From Candidatus Sericytochromatia bacterium (GTDB lineage: Bacteria; Cyanobacteriota; Sericytochromatia; S15B-MN24; JAQBPE01): DNA of 64,000 bases. How positions within the stretch are numbered: the first letter of the stretch is position 1; every line of letters starts with the position of its first letter. The position numbers and the translations under genes were made by a program. This document shows positions 36,435-43,476 of this stretch, piece after piece. Below the pieces are notes generated by a model that saw nothing but the letters and a program-made list of their open reading frames with translations, had not been told where the DNA came from and ran no database searches. The stretch covers positions 5,970 to 69,969 of the forward strand of contig JBBAPZ010000002.1 of NCBI GenBank assembly GCA_040400605.1, given 5' to 3'.

Positions 36435-37544
36435 TCACAAAATGCCCTCCGCACGACTGAGGCGACGCACGTCCCGCCGCCTCGGCAGCAAGGCACTGAT
36501 GGTTCGCGCCGGCCCCACCGTTCGTACGCTGATGCTATCCACCTCATACGGTACAGCTGCCAAACTCTGACGCAACAGCGCCAATCGGGCTTCTACGCGC
36601 TTTTTGACGGTATCCTCCGGGACCTCGATCAACACAGTCAAACGCCCACGGATAAACGTCAATTCCACGGTGATTCGTCCCAGATGCCGCGTATCGATCG
36701 CCAGTGTCACCCGTACGAACGCAGTGGCGACGCCGCGTTGTCCCCCACCTTCCTGCTGCACGAGGACTTCCCCGGGAAGCGGTTGCGCATCGCGCCAGAT
36801 GAAAAACGGAAAGATTTGCACCGGGTTGCCCGCATTGGCCAACAGTTTCTGCCCCTCGAACAACTGCTTCAAACGCTGCAACTCCAGTGCGGTCTCAGAA
36901 CCCAACCCGCGCGCCTCCAAACGGGACAATTCCTCGGCCATGCCAGAAAGCAAACCCTGAAACTGCGGCAATTGTTGAACCGGTCTTTGCTCCAATTTGC
37001 CCAATTGCCAAAATGCCGTGAGTTTTCGGCCCAACCCGAGCATTTTTGTATTCGGTTCAGCCTTTAACGCCATGGTCAAACGCGCAAGCAAATGGGTGAA
37101 AGGACCACCTGACAGCAACTGCAGCAATGCGTCAATTGCCCCCGGATTCATCCTGATTCCCTGGCTGTAGGCCAATACGATCGCTTCCAGATAATTGGGA
37201 TCGGGGAAACCCAATTCGCTCCATTGTTTCGCGATTTGAGCAATGGCATCACCATCAATCCCTTGCCCGTAACGCAGCAATTCCTTGGCGATGCGCAAGT
37301 GCTCCAAAGTCGGCGAAACACCCATTGCACCCAGTCGCGCCAACAAGCTGGCATCGTTATGAAATCCGAAATAACGCTTCGCCGGTACATTGGCCGCAGC
37401 ATTTTGCGCACTGCCCCCCGGGACGCCCGCTGCAGCCCCTGCCTCCCGACTGCCCTCGGTATTGAGCCCACCACGACCCGCCACGCTGCGGCGTTGTTGT
37501 GGCAACTGCCCCGGAACCTGTGGTGTACCAGGAATCTCAGGCAT
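36435..37544 (-). CDS. Second FliK-like protein (Flg_hook-type C-terminal domain) heading the rod/ring operon
   Basis: Pro/Gln-rich N-terminus. C-terminal VRVTLAIDTRHLGRITVELTFIRGRLTVLIEVPEDTVKKRVEARLALLRQSLAAVPYEVDSISV fits the hook-length-control C-domain pattern. Confidence 0.55.
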   Translation of the reverse strand: MPEIPGTPQVPGQLPQQRRSVAGRGGLNTEGSREAGAAAGVPGGSAQNAAANVPAKRYFGFHNDASLLARLGAMGVSPTLEHLRIAKELLRYGQGIDGDAIAQIAKQWSELGFPDPNYLEAIVLAYSQGIRMNPGAIDALLQLLSGGPFTHLLARLTMALKAEPNTKMLGLGRKLTAFWQLGKLEQRPVQQLPQFQGLLSGMAEELSRLEARGLGSETALELQRLKQLFEGQKLLANAGNPVQIFPFFIWRDAQPLPGEVLVQQEGGGQRGVATAFVRVTLAIDTRHLGRITVELTFIRGRLTVLIEVPEDTVKKRVEARLALLRQSLAAVPYEVDSISVRTVGPARTISALLPRRRDVRRLSRAEGIL

Positions 37545-37771
37545 ATCCCACCTTCGCCGACGCCAAAAACATCCCTACGTCAAACACTCTACCCGGCTCC
37601 ATGAGACCGTAAACCGTTCAGGCAAGGGTCTTTGCGGCTTTTTTCAGCGTGTGTGATGCCTGCGTGATCCAAAACACAAGCAGCGAGGCTGATCATGCCA
37701 CGCCTCTGTCAACGGGACTATGATCCCGCTCACGTTTACACGCTTACGTTTGCCAAGGGTAACGAATGGAT

Positions 37772-39346
37772 TCAGCGCCTTGAAGCGGGCTGACCACCCG
37801 GAATGACCTGGCCCCCGGGACCATACGTCACCGGGTTGTTGCTGGTGGCTGTGCCGCCACCGACACCACCACCAAAATCCTGCGCGGCGGTATTGACCCC
37901 ACGCCAATCGAACGTGCGCTCTAAAATCATGCCGTTCGCGCCGACGACAAAACCTTCGCCCTGCGGCAGCAGGTCAATGGAATAAAAAGCGCCGGACAGT
38001 GAGCCTGAATAATAATTGGTGTCCAGCTTCAAGACGCCGCCGACGTTGGCCAGCAAGTTGCCAAAAATCGATTTCGGATTGCGTTCAAATCGAAAATCTG
38101 GACGGCGGATCTGCCCCAACGCCCAACCTTCGGTTCCCGAAATCATCTCAATGTCATGAAGCGGTACCTGATCCAGGTTCTCCACCGCTGTATCCCAACG
38201 ACCAGGGATCCAACCATCCCGGCGGGGATCGTACTGCAAAAACAACCCCCGTGGGTTAATCAACAGATTGTCGCGCGTACCCACCGCATACCCTTGGGTA
38301 TCGCTAACCATCTTGATGGCCTTCAATTCCTGTTGATCACTCAGCGAAAACGTGTCCCGATTGCCCCAAAAACCATTCACGCGCCACCGGCCTTGATCGA
38401 ATTTCAGGATCAACGGCGTACCACCAGGAATGCCATCGCCACCCACGGCCCAACCGCGTTGCGGCGAAAGCATCTGCACATCGTTCAAACGGCCACGTAC
38501 CGGCGACTCGAACGCCTTCCAACTTGCCCCATCGTAATGCATAATCAGCGCCTGACCATTCGTTTCTTGCCCAACCGCCCACACATCCCGCTCAGACAGA
38601 ACCGATACCGCATTCAGCGCGCCAGATAAAACCGGCAACTTGTCCATCTGCCACGTGCGCCCGTTCCAACGCGCAACAAAAGGCGTCTGCGATCCCTTGC
38701 GCTCGCCAACAACCCAGCCCAATGCACTGTTGGCAAATCCAATGCCCTTCACCCGCGCATCCGAGTAAGCGAAAGAAGCGTCCCGACGCCAAGCACCATT
38801 CAACCAGTGCAGCAAAATCCCGCCATCACCACCAGCCCAAGCCTCCACCCGGGAAACCATCTCCACGGCATACAAGTCTTGATTGACAGGGCTTGCAACC
38901 TGCTGCCACGCATACAGCGGCTGTTCGATCTGCAAGGTCGCAGTCGCTTCAATGCCCTGGATCAGGGCCGTTACTTTCAACGTCCCCGGTACATCCGGTC
39001 GCATTACCCCATTGCGATCAATCACCCCCATCTGCGGGTTCGACAAATCCCACTGCACCAAACGCGGGTCCGTATAAGACTTGCCATCCGAACCCAGCAC
39101 AGTCACCGTCAAACGCGATGCAATCCCCACCCGTCCAATCGAGTTGGCAGGCTCCACTATCACCTGACGGGCCTCCACACCAGGCGGCAAAGTCGGCACC
39201 AACTCGGGCTGCACCATCCGGGACGAACCAAAATTATCCGAACCCACCGGCCCCATCGGCATCGGCATGTATCCACAACCAACCGTCCACGTCGCCGCAA
39301 GCACCGCCGCCACCCATTGTATTGCGCTCAGGTTTCTTGCAAACAT
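37772..39346 (-). CDS. Lipoprotein with Big_2 domain and Ycf48/BNR-like beta-propeller repeats
   Basis: Lipobox TWTVGC. Big_2-like LTVTVLGSDGKSY...LKVTALIQGIEATATLQI. Repeated GWAVG/GYAVG...W blades. Confidence 0.6.
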   Translation of the reverse strand: MFARNLSAIQWVAAVLAATWTVGCGYMPMPMGPVGSDNFGSSRMVQPELVPTLPPGVEARQVIVEPANSIGRVGIASRLTVTVLGSDGKSYTDPRLVQWDLSNPQMGVIDRNGVMRPDVPGTLKVTALIQGIEATATLQIEQPLYAWQQVASPVNQDLYAVEMVSRVEAWAGGDGGILLHWLNGAWRRDASFAYSDARVKGIGFANSALGWVVGERKGSQTPFVARWNGRTWQMDKLPVLSGALNAVSVLSERDVWAVGQETNGQALIMHYDGASWKAFESPVRGRLNDVQMLSPQRGWAVGGDGIPGGTPLILKFDQGRWRVNGFWGNRDTFSLSDQQELKAIKMVSDTQGYAVGTRDNLLINPRGLFLQYDPRRDGWIPGRWDTAVENLDQVPLHDIEMISGTEGWALGQIRRPDFRFERNPKSIFGNLLANVGGVLKLDTNYYSGSLSGAFYSIDLLPQGEGFVVGANGMILERTFDWRGVNTAAQDFGGGVGGGTATSNNPVTYGPGGQVIPGGQPASRR

Positions 39347-39718
39347 CGCTTCACTTCCCCAATAGACACCATCAACCCTGAAGAAACTTCATAATTCAGT
39401 ATCACGCACCGGAAGCTGACACTTGTGTTAAGTTTCACGGAAGGAAAGGTTATCACTGTTCGTTAACAATGGGGCAGTCAGCATAAACGCGCGTCGTTTC
39501 ATTCAAAAAGACCGGATGTCATTTGATCGTGCGGAGACGTCACGGGAACAGCGTCACGCCGGGTGGACTCTCATCGCTCACGCCGATCCAAGTCGTGCCG
39601 CCATCAAGTAAATACCCCTGTTCGAGCAGCGTAGAAGCAACGACGGTGCGGTTGCCCGCATCCTCTGACCGTGTTGGGTCAGCTTTTTGTTACGCGCTGC
39701 CGTTCGCGGCCTGACCCT

Positions 39719-40354
39719 TTAAAAGGACTCCCGTCGGATCAGCCCCACGAATTTGCCCTGAATCACGACCTGGCGCACATACAGAGGCGCCATGGCCGTG
39801 TTTGATGGCTGCAGGCGAATGACACCATCCGCTTCTCGATAGATGCGCTTCAAGGTGACATCACCATCCTCGAGCAAGGCCACCACGATGTCACCGTCGC
39901 GCGCCACATTTTGTCGTTTGATGACCGCCCAATCGCCATCATCAATATGATCCCCAATCATCGATTGGCCTTTGATTTTCAGTACAAACAAGTCAGGATC
40001 CGCGAACAATTGCGGTAAATTCAACACCTCATCCGATAAAGCGATCGCATCAATGGGCGCCCCCGCAGCGATGGACCCCAGCACAGGCAAACAACCAGGC
40101 CCCAGTAATGCGCCTGCCTCGGCAGCGTCATCTGGCACATCGTCGTGACGCGCCAACACCCGGATCGCCCGGTTTTTACCCCCCTCCCACTGAATCAGCC
40201 CGCGTGCAGCCAATCCCGTCAGGTGATAATGCACGGTCGATGTCGAACGTAACCCCAACGCCTCACCAATCTCACGAATCGACGGCACAAAACCGTGCGC
40301 TTTCAGATAAGCGATCAAATACTCGTAAACCTTGTCCTGACGCCCCTGTACCAC
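39719..40354 (-). CDS. lexA: LexA repressor
   Basis: Winged-helix N-domain (PSIREIGEALGLRSTSTVHYHL). Cleavage site and S24 peptidase motifs (IAAGAPI, KGQSMIG, VALLEDGDVTLKR). GTG start with GAGG upstream. Confidence 0.92.
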   Translation of the reverse strand: MVQGRQDKVYEYLIAYLKAHGFVPSIREIGEALGLRSTSTVHYHLTGLAARGLIQWEGGKNRAIRVLARHDDVPDDAAEAGALLGPGCLPVLGSIAAGAPIDAIALSDEVLNLPQLFADPDLFVLKIKGQSMIGDHIDDGDWAVIKRQNVARDGDIVVALLEDGDVTLKRIYREADGVIRLQPSNTAMAPLYVRQVVIQGKFVGLIRRESF

Positions 40355-40416
40355 CGACTACCTCGCTTGATGACTCACTTCGTCCCATTCATCAACATAT
40401 ACAGCCAAGTTCCATC

Positions 40417-40434
40417 TTGGAACACATGTTCCAA
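40417..40434. promoter_or_regulatory. LexA operator of the Cheo-box type (GAAC-N4-GTTC)
   Basis: TTGGAACACATGTTCCAA is a near-perfect palindrome 63 nt upstream of the lexA start. On the minus strand it fills the 17-nt spacer between TTGTCA (-35-like) and CAAGAT (-10-like). Confidence 0.65.
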
Positions 40435-40894
40435 TTTGACAAGGCCTTTGCGCACCAGTCAATTGCAAAGTGGGCGCGAAAACAGCCGATCACTGAATCC
40501 CGGTGTCCTCGATGGCCGTCCGCCAGATTCCCCGTTCATTCATCGCAGGCCGGTATCAATGAATGGTTGACGCTCGCCGCGTGATGATTGCGTCCATCGG
40601 GCATTCAACTGTCACTGTCCGAAATCCTGGAAAATACGCAGTCGTTGCGTCATCGAAACCTACGCGATCCACAAAACGGTTTGCTGCGATGTACAGGCGA
40701 AGCAAGTCCAAACAGACCCCAACGGCGTTGCAAGCACGTCTCGGTTTTTATGATGGGTCGAATGAGCGATGATCAGTTATCAAGGAGGTTTGATCAGCCA
40801 ATTGGCGCGCGCTCGGTGGTGGGTGCTTACAGATCGCTTCGTTGCGGGTATAAGGCGATCGTGTGGATTTGGGGGAGAGACGGTGATACACGGG

Positions 40895-41479
40895 ATGCGG
40901 GTATTTTTTGGTGCGGCTGTGGCCAGTGTATTGGCTGCCTCTGTGGGGGCCTGTGGGTTTTACACGAATGTTCCGGCGCAGATCAGCGTTGTGAATGTCA
41001 AACCAGGTCAGATCACCTACAACCGTGACTCAGGCAAACTGGCGATCGAATATGAACAACCGGAGATGAATCTCCGCGTGGAACACGGCAGCATCGGTGC
41101 GACGTTCAATAAGATGAACGTGGCGTATTTTTACAGCAACGGCGCCAAGGCCGACACAGAAGTTCCCCCGCTCAACCTTGGGATGACCGTGCGGGTGGAT
41201 ACGGGTGTTTATCCCACCAATATTCGCGCGGATGCGCCGGAGGCGGTTGACCCCGCGCAGGTGGGCAACAAGGTGCTCGCACCGATTACCAAGGTCAGTG
41301 TGCCTATCCTCACGCGCCACGTGACACAGTTCGGCCTCAAAAGCGAGCTGCCAACCGGCAACGCGGCTGCCATTTACGCTGTCGTCAACCTGACCGGATA
41401 TGATGACGCCAACTTCGAGACCCGACTCGAGGCCTTCGTCCCCATTACGTTCATCGGTCAACCTGGAGCCATCAATTGA
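40895..41479 (+). CDS. Putative lipoprotein at the head of the Tad/Flp locus
   Basis: Internal ATG at 40895. Signal/lipobox AASVGAC. 194 aa with no recognisable family motif. Its stop overlaps the start of the first Flp pilin gene. Confidence 0.5.
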   Translation: MRVFFGAAVASVLAASVGACGFYTNVPAQISVVNVKPGQITYNRDSGKLAIEYEQPEMNLRVEHGSIGATFNKMNVAYFYSNGAKADTEVPPLNLGMTVRVDTGVYPTNIRADAPEAVDPAQVGNKVLAPITKVSVPILTRHVTQFGLKSELPTGNAAAIYAVVNLTGYDDANFETRLEAFVPITFIGQPGAIN

Positions 41480-41640
41480 AACGACTCGCCTGTGAAGGGG
41501 GGGTGACCACCGTTGAGTATGCCTTGATCGCCTCTGCGATCTGCTTCGGCCTGCTCGGCGCCTCTTACACTATTCAGGCATTGCAACGCGTTCAGTTTCA
41601 ACAACATCAAAAAGCCACCAAGACCTGGCGATCGCCCTGA
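41476..41640 (+). CDS. flp: Flp-family pilin (54 aa, not in the ORF track)
   Basis: Manual translation from TTG 41476 gives (M)KRLACEGGVTTVEYALIASAICFGLLGASYTIQALQRVQFQQHQKATKTWRSP. It carries the Flp G/xxxxEY processing motif plus a hydrophobic helix. The start forms a TTGA overlap with the upstream stop. Confidence 0.6.
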   Translation: MKRLACEGGVTTVEYALIASAICFGLLGASYTIQALQRVQFQQHQKATKTWRSP

Positions 41641-41985
41641 TCCACCCCGCGCGTCAACCGGCGATTTTGCAGCAACCAGCCTTCGTTGCTGCTTGCTGTG
41701 CATCCTTGCCTGATCATGCAAGCGAAGGACCCCAGGCGCCCTGCACACTGACCCAACAGGACTCAAACACGAATACTCACGCCACTTGCTGGTCATGAAC
41801 CCGCAGGTTTACCCAGTGCCCCATCCCTGTCCGGACTAAGAAAGCAAACGACATCAAGCGCTTCATGCCACGTGTCAACGGCAAACAGCACGGGCTGGGG
41901 CTGAATATTGGGTGTTTTGACACGCTTGCTTCGCTTCGATTAACCAATATTAAGCATTATTTAAACTTGACTTTACCTTGGAGAC

Positions 41986-42013
41986 GCAAGGCACAAGATG
42001 ATGACGGCGATAA
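41986..42013 (+). promoter_or_regulatory. Candidate sigma-28-like promoter upstream of flp2
   Basis: GCAAGGCA-N12-GGCGATAA. It has the same CAAG-to-CGATA spacing as the flagellin candidate and lies 66 nt upstream of the flp2 ATG. Confidence 0.3.
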
Positions 42014-42078
42014 GGATGGTGCAGGCTGCGAGATTGTGAGTCTGAAGCGTTAAAGTCATTTGGGGAAGGAGCCGAAAG

Positions 42079-42270
42079 ATGAATCTGGTTTACAAGTTGA
42101 TTCAGGAAGAAGACGGTCAGGCGCTGGTGGAGTACGGCTTGATTCTGGGTTTGGTCTCGGTTGGCTTGACCATTACGTTGACGGCGATGAAGGGTGAGAT
42201 CGGCAAGACTTTTGAATACGTCGTGAAGCAGTTGAAGAGCGCGCAATCAGCCACCGCGGCCAAGAAGTAA
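42079..42270 (+). CDS. flp: Flp-family pilin
   Basis: 63 aa. MNLVYKLIQEEDG/QALVEYGLILGLVSVGLTI carries the canonical Flp motif. GGAAGGAG RBS. Confidence 0.85.
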   Translation: MNLVYKLIQEEDGQALVEYGLILGLVSVGLTITLTAMKGEIGKTFEYVVKQLKSAQSATAAKK

Positions 42271-42284
42271 GCGTACGGTGCGCG

Positions 42285-42461
42285 ATGTTGCATGACTTGC
42301 TCACCAATGAAGACGGGCAGGCTCTGGTCGAGTATGGCCTGATCCTGGGCTTGGTCTCGGTGGCGCTGGTGACGTCACTGACAGGCATCAAGGCTGGTTT
42401 GCTGAATGTGTTCAATGATGTCGTGGGCAAGTTGGGCAAGGCGACCACAGCCAAGACTTGA
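42285..42461 (+). CDS. flp: Flp-family pilin (58 aa, not in the ORF track)
   Basis: Manual translation: MLHDLLTNEDG/QALVEYGLILGLVSVALVTSLTGIKAGLLNVFNDVVGKLGKATTAKT. Paralog of the preceding gene. Confidence 0.8.
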   Translation: MLHDLLTNEDGQALVEYGLILGLVSVALVTSLTGIKAGLLNVFNDVVGKLGKATTAKT

Positions 42462-42519
42462 GCGTGTTGGCTGACCGGGGATACGGCGCCTGACCGCGCC
42501 ATAGTTTTGGTTTCCTTCC

Positions 42520-42565
42520 GTATCCGAAGATGGTGCAACCAAGCGGTTGACTCATCTTCGGATAC
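42520..42565 (+). terminator. Stem-loop after the pilin genes (possible terminator or attenuator)
   Basis: Perfect 13-bp stem GTATCCGAAGATG/CATCTTCGGATAC with a 20-nt loop, followed by TTCATGCTG only, so the T-tract is weak. Confidence 0.4.
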
Positions 42566-42918
42566 TTCATGCTGATCCGGTGACAGTCAGCTTGATTTAA
42601 TGAATACTGTTGGGACGATAGACTGTTTTGTACAGATTCTGACTGACAAAGAGCCGTCCGATCACTTCCAATGTGAACCTGCGCCGGTCGCTGGTCACGT
42701 CACAAGCTTCCAGTTGATCCCTGATTAATAGGAATCTGTCTAGCACTTCCATGGGCTCAGGGATTGCGACGTGGGCTGTCATGGCAAGCATTCCGGCTCA
42801 CGCGGTTTCTGGCGCTTGATCGTTCGTGCTGCAATCACGCGGTGTAAAACGTAGGCGCCCGGGGTTCCTTGGGTACAATGGTCAACATCACGCGCCCCTT
42901 GTGCTTTTGGTTGAAGGG

Positions 42919-43476
42919 ATGTCACGGATGGTAGCCATCTGGCAAATGGGTCTGACAGGCATTGTGTTGGTTGCGATGGCGACGGACTTGAAGCGTCGCA
43001 AGATTTATAACTGGCTGACCTTTCCGGCCATGCTTGTGGGGCTGATCCTGCAAGGCGTGTTTGGTGGCACATCGGGTGTGCAGTCGGGCTTGGTGGGGCT
43101 TTTGGTTGGCAGCGTGATTTTTCTGATCGGATTTGTGGTCGGGGCGATGGGCGCTGGTGACGTGAAGCTGATGGCTGCGGTGGGTGCGTGGCTCGGCTGG
43201 CCCCATGCGGTGGCGGCTGTGTTGTATGTGAGTTGTTTTGGTGGGCTCATTGCGATTGTGGCTGCGGTGATGCATGGCAGCCTGTGGCGCATGTTGGCGA
43301 ATGTGTATTGGTTTATGGTGGGGTTGGTGTTGCCGGGTGGCAAGGCGCAAGCGGCATTTGCCCAGAGTGCGGCGCCGCCTGTGCCTTATGGGGTGTCGAT
43401 CGCCCTGGGCACGATACTGGCCTTGTTTTATCCTGAGCCCATTCATTTGCTCGCGGCACTTGGAGTCGGGTCGTGA
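42919..43476 (+). CDS. cpaA: Flp prepilin peptidase (A24 family, CpaA/TadV)
   Basis: Polytopic membrane protein with the two Asp motifs (ATDLKRRKIYN and GAGDVKLMAAVGAWLG). Start taken at ATG 42919. Confidence 0.85.
   Translation: MSRMVAIWQMGLTGIVLVAMATDLKRRKIYNWLTFPAMLVGLILQGVFGGTSGVQSGLVGLLVGSVIFLIGFVVGAMGAGDVKLMAAVGAWLGWPHAVAAVLYVSCFGGLIAIVAAVMHGSLWRMLANVYWFMVGLVLPGGKAQAAFAQSAAPPVPYGVSIALGTILALFYPEPIHLLAALGVGS

Noticed and set aside
36021-37067. Long ORFs on the strand opposite to recognisable genes. Examples: 36021-37067 (+), 8004-8936 (-), 44001-44825 (-), 51035-51799 (-), 12620-13333 (+), 35438-36079 (+), 47851-48480 (-), 13586-14236 (+).
   Set aside because: Their translations are Arg/Pro/Ser/His-rich low-complexity sequence with no motifs. 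Each lies fully antisense to a gene with strong family signatures, which is the typical GC-rich shadow-ORF pattern.
37545-37771. Terminator or promoter elements between the Ycf48-like gene and the FliK-like gene: GGCAAGGGTCTTTGCGGCTTTTTT, and TTGACA at about 37700 on the minus strand.
   Set aside because: The stem pairing is poor, with only 4-5 bp. The T-run is on the + strand, where no gene ends. The -10 partner for TTGACA is weak.
39665-39690. A + strand hairpin CTGACC-gtgttg-GGTCAG followed by CTTTTTGT, in the lexA to Ycf48-like spacer, suggesting an orphan terminator or sRNA.
   Set aside because: The stem is only 6 bp. There is no convincing + strand gene or promoter upstream. The flanking genes are both on the minus strand, where the element lacks a T-tract.
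40563-41028. ORFs 40563-40772 and 40588-41028 in the lexA-Tad spacer, considered as possible regulators or missing Tad components.
   Set aside because: The translations are Arg/Cys/Ser-rich with no motifs or hydrophobic segments. The second overlaps the better-supported lipoprotein start at 40895 in another frame.
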